Positions 27,080 to 40,300 of a stretch of 46,287 nucleotides of DNA are shown in pieces. The notes beneath the pieces are model-generated. The model saw nothing but the letters and a program-made list of their open reading frames with translations, made no database searches and had not been told where the DNA came from. The stretch comes from Proteromonas lacertae (taxonomy: Eukaryota). Each line of letters begins with the position of its first letter. Position 1 is the first letter of the stretch. The position numbers and the translations under genes were made by a program. The stretch is taken from the NCBI GenBank assembly GCA_002245135.1, contig NGBS01000044.1, forward strand, positions 1 to 46,287, written 5' to 3'.

Positions 27080-27143
27080 AACAGGTTGGGATTTCTTACA
27101 AAGTAAGTTCGAATTCTTCTTCATTTTTTCTTTTTACTTCAAA

Positions 27144-27924
27144 ATGGACCCTTATGTAGATAATGGCGGGTATACTAATTCTTTTTATCTATAACTTAAA
27201 TATTAGAACTGTTGCTGCTATAGCTGGTGATGACTTCGTTGTTTTCGCAACTGAGACAAGATTAGCAGTAGGTTACCAAATTCTTTCAAGAAATGTCCCT
27301 AAAATTCACAAACTAACAGATACGTGCTATATTGGTGCAGGAGGTTGCTTTACTGATATTCAACACCTTCAAAAACTATTAGATGCAAAAATTGATTTGT
27401 ATATTGCTCAATATAATTTTCTAAATTAATATAGATATAAATTAAATACAGGCAAAAATTTATCAACTGAATCAATCGGTCGTTTAGTTCAAACAACCTT
27501 ATACAATCGTAGAATGTTTCCTTTTTACACTTTTAATGTAGTTGCAGGAATGGATCAAGCAGGTAAAGGAGCAGTTTATTCATACGATGCTGTTGGTTGT
27601 ATAGAACGAAATGATTATGTTTGCGAAGGATCTGCTCAAACATTAATCATGCCAGTTTTGGATAATTTAGTATTTTTAATAGATTTTCATATTCCTTAGG
27701 TTGGAAAAAGAAATAGACAAGATCTTCAACAATCGAATATACCAATAACAAAGGAAGAAGCTGTATCAATAATGAAAGAATGCTTTTTGAATGCTGGTGA
27801 AGTATTTTATTCCTTTTTATACATTTTTTAATAGAGAGATATATTTGTAGGTGATTCAGTGATTATCTACACTATTACTAAAGATGGAGCTGTATCTGAA
27901 CAAATGGAATTAAAAAAGGATTAA
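27144..27924 (+). CDS. PSMB1: Proteasome subunit beta type-1 (beta 6)
   Basis: MDPYVDNGGTVAAIAGDDF, RMFPFYTFN, VYSYDAVG, LIMPVLDN and ERDIFVGD...ELKKD*. Confidence 0.96.
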
Positions 27925-28139
27925 TACTTTTGTATTTATTATTATTATTCAATTTTTATATTTGTTGTATTCTTAACTTGAAATATAATCATAAAGCTGA
28001 TATTCAAAGAATGTCTAGTAAGAATTATTTGAAAATGTAAATCATAGTAATTCTGACAAAGAATTACCTTTTTATTATAGCTTTATAAATAAGTCTTTTA
28101 GAATATTATTATTATTATTAAAATATTAAGTGTTTATTT

Positions 28140-29624
28140 ATGATATATAATTCACCATTTTCACCCCAGACTTCGCTTAGTAGACTTAATAATGAGAGAG
28201 TACCACCAGCTGTAAAGCAATCCACATATTTTTCATACAGTAATTATGGTGATCAATCACATCAATATAGAATAAGTCAGAATAATACAAATTATAGTTT
28301 TAATACTGGAGTACCTGTTATTAGTGACTTTAAATATGAATACCCTCCCTCAAATTTGTATACTAGAAGGAATTATACCAATTCAAATCAGAATATGCCG
28401 ATAATTACAAAATCTACTTTTAGTGCAGATCATTGTAAACCTAGTTATTATTATAATAGAGGCGAACTGATTGATCAAAATGAACAACGCAGATCACATA
28501 CAAACTTTTTTAGTGTGAAATCAAATAATATTACACCAACAAGTATAAGATATAATCCACAATATGCTTCCTATTCACAGCCTCCATCTATCCAACCATT
28601 AACATCACAACAACAGCAATGCTATTATCAGCCACCTCAAAATCAACCAAATCAACAGAATTATCAACAATCATATTATCAACACAATCATCCTCCTCCA
28701 CCACAACCACCACCACAACAACAACAACAACACTTTCACCACTATTATACACCTCCTCCTCAAATTGATTATAAGATTAATTATCAACAACCTGAGATTA
28801 TAAAACAACAGTCAAATTCTCAACTGCTTCATATCCAGCAACATATTGAACAGAAACAGCAAACTCAACAAAATAATGTAAAACAAGAGAATGGAATAAT
28901 AATCAAAAATATTCACACTATAAAAGCACAATTAAATAACAATAATGAAATGTCTATAAACCCTGTAATAAAGAAAGAAAGTGAAAAAGAGAATATAAAA
29001 ACGACAATGAATAATGTGATTGATGAGAAAACACTTAAGGAAATGAAAATGAAAGCATTAGCTGAAATAAGACCAATCAAAAGAAATATAGAAAATGAAA
29101 ATATAATAGATACAGAAGTAAAGAAGAAATGTTTAAATGCAAATAGAGAAAATGAAGATTATGCAAGTGAAAAAGAAAGAGAAAAAGAAGATAATAAAAA
29201 TGATCTAAGCAAATTATATAGTACAGAATTACAAATTCATTTATCAACATCAAAATTCAAAGAAATTTCACAAAAATATAATAATAAACCTGAATATGAA
29301 AGAATAGGAAAAATAGTATATGATGAAAATATACAAGAAATAATACGAAATGAATCGAATAGACATAAATATTTACCAAATAGTGATTCTAATACTCCAT
29401 CGTTAAGATCATTGATATACGATTTGAAGAAGAAATTAATTGAAAGAAAAAGTAAAGTTATTGCTTATAAAAAGAAATATAATTCAATGAAAAAGAAACT
29501 TGATTATTGTAGATATGAATTAAATGAATTAAATAATGTAATAGAAGAAAAAGAAGTGAAAATAGTAGAGTTTAAGAGTGATATTGAAGAAATAGAAAAG
29601 ATGTGTGAGAAATTATCAACCTAA
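28140..29624 (+). CDS. Intronless Q/P/Y-rich low-complexity protein with C-terminal coiled coil
   Basis: 494-aa open frame in very AT-rich DNA. Confidence 0.75.
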   Translation: MIYNSPFSPQTSLSRLNNERVPPAVKQSTYFSYSNYGDQSHQYRISQNNTNYSFNTGVPVISDFKYEYPPSNLYTRRNYTNSNQNMPIITKSTFSADHCKPSYYYNRGELIDQNEQRRSHTNFFSVKSNNITPTSIRYNPQYASYSQPPSIQPLTSQQQQCYYQPPQNQPNQQNYQQSYYQHNHPPPPQPPPQQQQQHFHHYYTPPPQIDYKINYQQPEIIKQQSNSQLLHIQQHIEQKQQTQQNNVKQENGIIIKNIHTIKAQLNNNNEMSINPVIKKESEKENIKTTMNNVIDEKTLKEMKMKALAEIRPIKRNIENENIIDTEVKKKCLNANRENEDYASEKEREKEDNKNDLSKLYSTELQIHLSTSKFKEISQKYNNKPEYERIGKIVYDENIQEIIRNESNRHKYLPNSDSNTPSLRSLIYDLKKKLIERKSKVIAYKKKYNSMKKKLDYCRYELNELNNVIEEKEVKIVEFKSDIEEIEKMCEKLST

Positions 29625-29727
29625 TTTCTTTTATAATTCTATTTATTTATATATATTTTGCAATAAACAAACAAATATAATTTAAAAATTAAAAAAAAAA
29701 CATTACTTACTATTAAATAATTCTAAA

Positions 29728-30031
29728 TTACTTCTGTTGATCTTTTAACCATCTGGCAACTTTCAAAGCTGATCCAGCAGGAGAAGATGTATTTGATTTT
29801 GAACCTATTGTTCTTAAATTCAAAGAAAAATACGAGCTGACAAAGGAGATATAACTACATTTGGCCTATTGTCTTCAATTTGCTTACTTTCATGATTACC
29901 TTTACCGCAACAAAATTCACAGTCATTACACTCACATTTATCCCAATTGCAGCAATGATCAGGACAACAGCTCATTGTTCGACATTTATCACAGTCAGAC
30001 CTATTGATAGTATTTATTACCACACATACAT
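29728..30031 (-). CDS. 81-aa cysteine-rich, metallothionein-like protein; ATG split by an intron
   Basis: AT|intron 30029-30001|G gives MSDCDKCRTMSCCPDHCCNWDKCECNDCEFCCGKG...; second intron 29833-29805 gives ...ALKVARWLKDQQK*. Confidence 0.75.
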
Positions 30032-30178
30032 TGAAGATCAAGAGTTTCAGATTAAAAAAAAAACTACTGTCAATTTTACGTAAATTACATTTTATAGTTT
30101 TTCTTAAAAATAGACTTATATATAGAATATTTAAATTAGATATTTTGGATTTAAATATAGTGAGTATATAATAATCAA

Positions 30179-31108
30179 ATGAGCGGTATAATATCCATTT
30201 TATTCAATAGATGAAGCAACAACAATTTCAAGAGATCTTTGGTCATTAGTAACATCAAATGGAATTTGTATTGAATTGCATTTAATGAAAATAGGTCCTC
30301 CATGTGGAACTAAAATCAAATTCCCTAATTTAGCTTGTGGAAGAAATAATGCTGGTAGGTGGATATGTAAACAACATCCATACATGGGTGTAGATTTGGC
30401 AAAAAACCAATGGACTATTGTAGATATGGAGTATTACTTTTGTTTAATTATGATGGTATAGATTGTTTGACGTGATGGAAAGACAACGTTTAAGAGATTC
30501 TACTCCAACACGTGGATCTAGTACATCAATGAAATCATCTGATTCTAATCGTAATGAATCAAATAGTTTAGAATCAACAATGAAAACATTAGCTTTAGTA
30601 ACAGATTCAAAAACACAAACAGACGTTATAGCAATGAAAGATGAAGAAGTTGGTGTTTGTCCAGACTATAATGATGAAGGAATACAAGCTGTAGTATTCT
30701 CTAAATCAATACAATCACAAACTGAAGAAGAATTATTAGTCAATACACAACCACGTATTTAATGGAGTTTATTATTATAATAAAATAGCTGAAGTTGAAG
30801 AGGAAGAAGAGGAAGAAGAAGAGGACGAAGATGAAGAAGCTCCAAGTGAAGAAGATTTGAAGAAATACAAAGATTTATCAAAAGAGACATTGATGTTTAT
30901 AGCAGCTGAAGAAGAGATAAAAATAAAGAAATTAATGCAAGATGTGAGAGAATTTAAAGAAATGAAAAGTAAAGGATTTATCACACCTTCCAATTCTCAA
31001 TCTGTTAAACAATTGACAAGGAAAGTTGATAATTTACAGAAAGAATTAAATGGTGCTAATTTATTAATATCAGATTTAAATTCACAAGTATTTATTGCAT
31101 TATATTTT

Positions 31109-31140
<32 letters not shown>

Positions 31141-31970
31141 TTTAGATTACTGATTTGAGAGGAGAATTAGAAAATCAACATATAGATAATGATACTCTAA
31201 ATAAAGCAAATAGAAAATGTCAGACACAATTAAAAGATATTTCTTCACTATTTGATGATGAAATGAAAAAGAAAGAAAGATTAGAAAGAGAAATAATGTC
31301 ATTAGAAGATGAAGATGCAATTGAATATATAAATCCATCACTTTGGAAACCGAAGAGTAAATCTGCTAATGTATAATATATATATTATTAAAATTGTAAT
31401 AGAATGATTGGCATAAACCAAAAGCAGTAGTTCGTAGTTCTAATAAAATACCATTATTATTAGATAGTGTTCATGTTGAAACATTATTAAAGAGTTGGTC
31501 AATATCTTGTCCCTCAGATTATGATGGTTTTAAATCATGGCTATCTAATATTGTAAGTGGAGCTGATATAACAACACTCCCTAAGAATCAAGAACTTACA
31601 AATCTACCAGAAGATATTTTGAATGGTTTTTTGGTGATTATTATACCTTTATTACAACAGAGATCTGATGTTCATGTTGATGTTATGATTAAAGAAAGAC
31701 AAGAAACTGATTTAAGAATATCAATTGATGATAAGATATCATTTTTTATTGATTAATTTTTGATTATTTGTCTTAATTCCCAACTACGTTAGAGTGTTAG
31801 ATACATTTAATACACCAACACCAGATTCAACTGAAATGGATGATGATCCAGGTCTACCAAGTCCAGATGGAGGAATTAAGAAAGAAAGAAAGAAAGAAGT
31901 TGCAACAAGAGGTAAAAGCAGAAGAGGTAGAGCAAAAAGGAGAGTTGTTGTTGTTGATTTAGATAAATAA
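30179..31970 (+). CDS. Hypothetical protein with acidic tract, coiled coil and basic tail; last intron AT-AC
   Basis: ORF pieces joined by GT-AG introns; final exon in frame via intron 31736-31787. Confidence 0.72.
31101..31143. repeat. (TTTC)n microsatellite inside an intron
   Basis: Direct observation. Confidence 0.9.
31736..31787 (+). other. U12-like AT-AC intron (52 nt)
   Basis: 5' ATATCATTT, branch-like TGTCTTAAT and 3' AC; removal joins IDDK|VRVLD in frame; no usable GT donor nearby. Confidence 0.75.
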
Positions 31971-32086
31971 CAAATATATATTAGTTTGAATGTTTTTTTT
32001 ATGAATATGTAACGGATATTTTTCAATTATTTTTAAAACTAAATCATCACTACTGACAGTTATATTAAGATTATTCTTGATATAAA

Positions 32087-33160
32087 ATGGAAGATGGATT
32101 GATTAAAAATAATGAGGATGATGAAACTATAATAAACATAGATATATCAGTATTACCTGAAATCGATGTGAAGTTCTTCATAGAGTGTTATAAATATTTA
32201 GAATGGATTAATTTGACACACATTTTGTCGTTTAGAGTTCTTGATATTACAGATACGAATGTAATAATAGAAATGAAGGAGAAAAGGGATATAGATGTTA
32301 ATAAAGAATTATTTTTAGTTGATATATTAAATATATCACAATTAAGTATAGTAAATAATATTTTGAAACTAAATCCTACTTACAATAAAAGAGAGAATAT
32401 AGAACAAACAATATCTACAGCAAATTATCCAAAAGAATTATGCTCTTGTTTAAATGAGGTGATGTTGAGCTTAGTAAAAGATAATTGTCCAAAGCTTTAC
32501 TTTAAATATATTCATCAAGTTAATTACAAAGATAGTATATAAATAGATATTTATTATAAATAGAAGAGAATATATTATTTGCTTTAGAAGAAGGGAAATT
32601 ATCCTCTTTTTTTGGATATAGATTATCAATGAATATGCATAATATTAATTTAAATATTAAACAACATGAAAATGCATTAGAATACTTTTGTTATTCTATA
32701 AGGTTTGAAAATGTAATAAATCTTACATTAAAGAGTAATATATGTATATTATTCTTTATAGATTGTTCAATTGGAGATGATGAATTGAAATATATTTGTA
32801 ATAATATAAATATGTTTCATTTAATTAAACTGGTTTTGAATCGTATTATTCAATTAATGTAATACATTTAGAAAATCATATAACAAGCAGAGGAGTAATG
32901 GAATTAGCAAATAATTGTTGTAAAATGAAAGTAATTAAAGATCTACAACTTTCATGTATGATATTATATATTTAATTCTATAATTTTCTATAGCAAATAA
33001 GATTGAAACAAATGGTGTTGAGTATCTAAGCAAATATCTGAAATATTGTTTAAAATTAGAAAATCTCACTCTAGAAGACAATCTTATTACAGATACTGCT
33101 ACAATGCAATTTAGAGTATTAGTTAAATACCCTTATAGAAGATTATTTATTAGAATGTGA
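32087..33160 (+). CDS. RNI-like leucine-rich repeat protein with a divergent, possibly kinase-derived N-terminus
   Basis: LTLKNCSIGDDELKYI, LVLNQNHITSRGVMELA, LQLSSNKIETNGVEYLS and LTLEDNLITD after splicing. Confidence 0.8.
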
Positions 33161-33244
33161 TTAATTATTCTATATGTGATTATTGATGAATACACAAATA
33201 AAAAATAACATAAGAAGCAATAAACAAAACTAAAAGAAAGAAAA

Positions 33245-34341
33245 TTAACTATATTGTTCATCAATTTTATCACATTTATTTTGTAATACTTCTAAAGGCT
33301 CTTATAAATAATTCAGGTGCTGGAATTTGACCAACAGATTCTATAGTAAATATATAATGTTCAGGTTCACGAGATAAGTATAATTTTGTCTTTATATGGA
33401 GTTTCTCGAATACATTCACGACACATTGTACAATTAATTGGAAATTTTGCTACTGCCTTTCCAGTGTCTTCAATATCAAATACATTCATTGGACATCTTT
33501 CTTTTAAATCATCAAGCATCTTTTCCTGTAATTGGTTCAGTAAAACTGACTAAAGGCATCATTCTATAAAATGCAGTTGATACAGGTGACCATTTTGCAT
33601 GAGTTATACCAACTCCATTAATTGCATTACATTCTACATTTATCGTTTGTCCTGGAACTAATTTTATTAATAATATATCGTCATAAACAGGTTTAAATGC
33701 ATCTGGACCATATTTTTCAAGCTATTTTTAATAAAAATAGAATTTTGAGAAATTTATACTTGTTTACCTTGAGGAACCCATTTTAAATCTTTTGAGAAAA
33801 CTCTCATATAATTTGGCAAGCCTTTACCTTCTTCAATTGGTAATGTCTCTAAATTTGGACAAGTTACGTTCAATGAAAAAACTAGAGTGTTGTCTTCTGT
33901 AAATTGATCATTTTCTTGTTTATCATTAAATATTTTAGGATCGGCTTTGATTGGAATTAAACCTAATCTATGTGCTAATACTTCATCCTATAATTTCACA
34001 AAATAATAACTAAAATGTTATACTTGCATTACTGAAGTATTATTTAATATGTGTACAGTATCAATTGCTACAGTTGGTACTTCCGATAACAATATTCGTC
34101 TAATTGCGTTAACAATGGCTACATCGATTCCTTGTATATCCATAACAACGTGTTCATCATCCTAAATTATTAAATTACAATCAAATATACTGATTCCAAT
34201 ATTTTAATCTTCATATTGTCATCCAAGTACTTTTTATAATCACCTACTTCCTGAAAAGGAACAAAGGTCTATAATGAATTAGAAAAATGGAAATACTGGT
34301 TCAATAGTTGTGTCTTTGCAACGAATTGGACCTTTACTCAT
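33245..34341 (-). CDS. RPAC1: RNA polymerase I/III subunit AC40 (three apparent 1-nt insertions in the 3' part)
   Basis: [71 protein letters not shown] and FTIESVG. Confidence 0.93.
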
Positions 34342-34403
34342 AATGTAAATGAAAAAAATACTTGATTATCTCAAGCCTCGTTATTTTTTATTTTTTATTT
34401 TTC

Positions 34404-37038
34404 ATGGAATCTATAGCTGTTTATGTAAGAATAAGACCAAAAATTGAAAGAGAAAGTGAGTATCAAGCCGTTTTGAATTCTTCAGATAATAAAGTATTCT
34501 ACTTTTTTATATTTGCTTAATTCAATAGTCTATTGAAATTAATACTCCAAATCAGCAAGTAAGTTGTGAATATGATTATATATTCAACCAAAATCAAGAT
34601 CAACAATGTGTGTTCAACTCTATCCAAGATATAGTGGATCATTGTCTTGATGGATATAATAGTACTTTGTATTGAATTAAATGATATGTATAAAATTTAG
34701 ATTTGCATATGGTCAAACTGGTTCTGGTAAAACTTACACATTATTTGGTCCTGATGAACAAATATCAACAGATTATATACCTGCAACTGCTGGTATTATT
34801 CCTCGCTCAATAAATCATTTATTTAATTCAATATCACCAGATGATGATTCAATATCAGTTCATTGTTCAATGATTCAAGTTTATAATGAGAATATTTATG
34901 ATTTGTTAAGAGATTATAGATTAAATATGCCATTATCAATAAAAGAAGATACTATTAATGGTTTGTATGTAAATGGATTATCAGAGTATTATATAAGATC
35001 ATGTGAAGATTGTTTATCATTGATGAACATAGGAGTTCAGAATAGAGTAGTGAGAGAAACGTATTAATTTTTTAATATAAATAGACATATGAATCAACAA
35101 TCAAGTCGTAGTCACATCATCTTCCAATTATTAATAGAAAAACAGTTGAAAGATGAAGGTAAAGTAATTAAATCTAAATTAAATCTCGTCGATTTAGCTG
35201 GTAGTGAAAAATGGAAATATTTTACTGTTAATACTAATAATGAAATTGAATCAATTGATATGAATCAACAACATATTCAAGAATTGACAAATATTAATAA
35301 AAGGTATAAAATATATTCAATTTTTTATTCATTAGTTTATCTACTTTAAGTCGATGTATTTATGCATTATCAAGTGGTGAATCTCATGTTCCATATCGTG
35401 AATCAAAATTAACAAGATTACTTCAAGATTCTTTAGGTGGAAATACAAAAACTAAAATTATTGTAACACTATCTCCATCAGAAGATTCTATTAGTGAAAG
35501 TATTTCATCATTGAAATTTGCTGATTGTGCAAAAAGAGTAATGGTAAGTGTTCATGTAAATAGCACAAGAGTTATTGATAAAGCATTAGTTATGAGATTA
35601 GAAAAAGAAATTGCACAGTTGAAACAAACAATTGCTGAACTACAAGCTGGTAAAGGTTTGACTAAATTAGTAGAAGAGAATAATAAGTTGAAAGCTGAAA
35701 ATGCAGATTTGAAGAATCAGTTATATAACGGTCATCCTCCTCTAGAACAACAACAACAACCTGAACATTCAAATATCATTTCACCCGTAAATCCATCATC
35801 ATCTCCACAACACCAATCATATAAAACAAAGAACAATTATAATCCAAATGAGCCATCAAATACATTTATTACTGAAAATGATGAATATGACTCAGATGAA
35901 GAATTAAGAATGCTATCTTCACCCATATCAGTACCTGATGATAACAAGCAATTCCTATCACAATCACAACAAATACAACCACCAGTACCTCCTTCTTTAT
36001 CAATTGAATCACCAAATGATATTCCTCAATCTCAACAGAATAATATATTTAATAAACCTAAACAACCTGTTTCATCATCAGCTGCTTCATCGACTAAACA
36101 TTCTAAACCACCATCACCTGGTAGAACTTTAATATCTAAAAAACAATTACCTCCTTTTCAACCAATTGAAGTTTCCAGTAAAACAAAATCTGCAGTTTCT
36201 ACTCCTTATAATCCTGAACCTGTTAGATTTGAACCACAACTTGATCCTAATATTGTCAATCAATATGAGCAGTTAATAACTGAATTAGAAACTCAAAATA
36301 AGTATATGAATAATTTATTCGATAAAATAAAACAACTCACTGATAGTTTTTTTAATTTAGAAATAGAAGAAGATGATTTAAAGTATATATATATATATGA
36401 TTATTTCTAACCCTTTAATAGTGATAAATTGAAAGATATATTCAAATCAATAAAATCACCAACTAAAAAGAATAATAGAATACCATCAGTTCGAACCAAT
36501 TCAAGTAAGTACAACTGGTTCATTTTCATCAGGACAACAATCAGTACAATCTGCTCAATATAGAAAAACATTACCATCATCCAGTTCACCTCCTTACGAT
36601 TCTAAATTAGCATCAGAATATCAAAGACTACCAAAAATGAAATTCCTCGGTGCAATTCGTTCTCCTCCACCAGGTGCATTCCAATATGTAATAAAAGGTA
36701 AACCAAATCAAACTGCAACAAATGACTATAAAGAAAAAGAGAAGAAAGTATATTTAACTGTTTTATTATAAAAATAGATCAAAAGTAAAATGAATAAAAT
36801 ACAGAAAGATATAGAAATGAAACAAAAGTTAATAGAATGGAGGCAGCAAAAAGAAGAAAGGGAAGCTGAAGAGAGAAGAAAGGAACAAGAAAAGTTGATG
36901 AATATTTATATGAAAAAACAAGAAAAAGATAAGAAATTTGAAGAAGAAGCAAAGAGAATGAAAGAAAGGTTTTTAGAATTGAAAGAACAACAAGATAATG
37001 AATTAAAAATGAAAGGTTTGTTAAATAAGAGTGGATAG
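34404..37038 (+). CDS. Kinesin motor protein (N-terminal motor)
   Basis: VYVRIRP, FAYGQTGSGKTYT, MNQQSSRSH, LNLVDLAGSE and HVPYRESKLTRLLQDSLGGN; coiled coil and P/S-rich tail. Confidence 0.95.
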
Positions 37039-37323
37039 TGGTGTATTTAATAATTGGATAATATTTATTTTTTTTTGATTATTCATGTAATACTTCGGAA
37101 TATTCTATTAAGCGTTACTACAATCAATAATCCTTTTTATAACTTTGCATTACCAATTTTCACATTTATAGATTCATTTTTTTCCATAATTTTTATTGAT
37201 ATATATTATAATAATATGTAATTTGGTTGTTGTAAGATATTCTTAATATATACATATTACCCATTTACAAATTCATAATAATTAATAAGAATATAAGAAT
37301 CAAAGAAATTTCTATATATCAGA

Positions 37324-40300
37324 CTATATTCTCACACCTCCTCCTACTTGTTTTTCAAATACAGGAATCTTTTTTAAGGTAGATTTAGATCTACTTCTTC
37401 TTCGGAATATTCCAGTTCTTAATAAACAAAATACAATCACTATTATCACAATTAATCCACCTGCTATTGATCCAACGACTATTCCAGCTATTGCTCCACT
37501 ACTTATACTACATTCACTTTCATCAACTACACTCCAAACACCTTTATTATTATCAGTTAATAAACATTTTCTTCTCTTCATTCCACTTTTTGCTCCTCCA
37601 CATTCTATCAACACTTCTTTTCCTCCTTTCTCAGCTGGAGTTCTTGGAAATCCAGAATCAGATTCACAATATATTGCTTCAAATTCTATCTCCACTTCTA
37701 CAGTCTCAATCTCTATTGATGGAGGATTTCGAATTGTAAAGGTATATTTCGTTTTTTCTACATATTCTAATGGTGATCCATATATTTCTCCAGATTTTGA
37801 ATCTAAGGATAAGCCTTTAGGTAATTCTGGATTTACTGAAATTTCAAGATTTGTTCCAACTGCAACAAATAAATATACTGATTTTACTGATTCACCAAAT
37901 TGGAATATTTTATTTGATACTTTACTGGATGGAACTATCACTGGAATATCAGGAATTGAACATGATAATATAAATGAAAATGAAACTTGTTTTCCACTTC
38001 CACTTATTAAGATTGTGGTATTTACTGCATCAAAACTATTAGATATATAACCACTTATTCTTCCTTTCGAAGAATCAAATTTCAAAGTTGAGAATGGAAG
38101 ATTGGGTATGATTGAATAAACTAAATTCTTTCCAGTTATTCTTCCTAATTCTAATCCTTCATATTCTTTTCCACCTTCGATTGTTATATTATCTACATGT
38201 CTAATTATTACTGGTTCTACAGATTCTTCAACATTTATTTTGATTGGATTGGATATTTCACCAGCATCATTATGACATTTGAATGTATATGATTTATTAC
38301 TTGGTGGTTCTACATTTACTTTTCCACTTATTATTCCACTATTTTCATCAAATTTTAATCCTTCAGGTAATGCTGGTTCAATTGAATATAATATAGTTTT
38401 TGCAACACATTCATATGGTTGAATATCATTATAACTCATTCCAAATATCATTATCACTTCTTTTTCATATTTTATATTATTTGGTTTGATTGGTAATGTC
38501 ACATTCATTTCAATTGTTATTTCAACATAATCAACTTCATTTGAAGCTGTGAATTTACTTCTCATAGAATTCTCTTCAATCACCATTCCAGAAATTAAAC
38601 CACTTCTTTTGTCTAAACTCAATCCATTTGGTATTTCATCTACACTATATTCAATATTTTCACCTATCACATAAAATAATTTCAACTCTTTATATTCTTT
38701 ACCAGCTTCTAATATCACTGATTCATTACTCCAGATTTTTATTGGATTTTTAGAAGGTAAAACAGTTATGAATATTTCAATTGTTATACCTTCATCACTT
38801 CCGGAATAAGCATTATTAGCTTTGAAATAAACTGGTTTTGATGATTCTTCAATATATGCTTGACCAGATATTAAACCAGTTTTATTATCTATTCTTAAGC
38901 CACTTATTTCAGGATTCATTGAATAAAATACATCTTTTCCTGAAACTGTGAATAATCTCACATTTTCATAAAAATCACCTGCTTTGAATCTATAAAAAGA
39001 TTCTTTACTAATTAATGATGGACTTTCATCACATGTATTTTCGATTTCATTCCAAAGTTTATCATTATTACAGTATAATGTTCGATTTCCTGTTATACCT
39101 GATGTTTTACATCCAATAGTTATTTCTGTTCCAGTTACAGTTTCTGGTATATCTTCTGCAGCTTCACAATATCTTAATGGACATAAATGGAAATTTATAT
39201 CATAAACCTCAAAAGCACCATAACTACTTAAAGTGTTTGTTACATTGAATCTAATTGCTGAATACATAACAGAAGTAGTATAATTAGGAAAATACTCTCT
39301 TTAAATTATCTGGATAAGTATATACCAGTTAAAAGAATCCAATTAAATTCCATTTTGAATTGTAATATCCTTCCACTGAAAAATCTCTTGGACCATTACT
39401 TTTAGAATAGGCATAAATACTAAATTGATTGAAATATGTGTGAAGATGATCTTTATATCTCATTATTGCCCAATCCAGGGATTGTGTCAGTATACCATTC
39501 TGAATTTGGATTTTCATCAAATCCATAAGGCTGCATGAAAAGCACGATTATTAGTATTTGTTTCAGTTACTCATTTTAGCAGTATTTATTAAGAATCAAA
39601 CAATCTTCTTTACTTCCAATTATTCTTAATAAAGATGAACTTATTTCAGGGAAACTTTTCTTCACCATTGAATTTGTGTAATTCAATCGAAATTTCAAAT
39701 GGATTTTCTTCTAACCAAGGAATTGGTAAAATGAACATTTCATCAGTTAAAACATCATATCGATTATTTGCCATTGTATCTGGAGATATTTCACCATTTG
39801 GTAAATTATTTCGAAAGATTTCTTTTCCATTCACTTTTATTATTATTCCACTTATATAACTCACTTTTAAAACAAATCCATTATATTTATCTTCATAATC
39901 AAATACATCTATCTTTCGAATATAAATCACATTTCCAGATACTTTGTTTAATTCAGATAATTTGGATTTTGACCATGTTAAATGTTCAGCATTTGGATTA
40001 TCCCAACCATCTTTCATATTCAATTGAATTTTCCCATTCTGTATTATAATCATAATCCAATGTTGAATGGAAATGTCATTTTCTCTCTTATCTTCATATT
40101 TACCTAATGTTGTTCTATCCACTGGAATTCCATCAACTAATACATCTATAAAACCATTCCCATAACCTGAATACGAAGATGAGCTTCCTCTATAGACAGC
40201 AGTATAATTATCATTTAATAAACAATATTCATATTCATAGATATTATCACTATCCCATCCTTCTTCTACTCCTTTTAAGTCAATTATTGAAGTTTTATTC

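Noticed and set aside
33270..33520. Euplotes-type programmed +1 frameshifting at stops (AAA TAA, GCT TGA)
   Set aside because: In two of three cases the conserved protein ([16 protein letters not shown]) is restored only if the extra base lies several codons before the stop; other indels in the window are deletions
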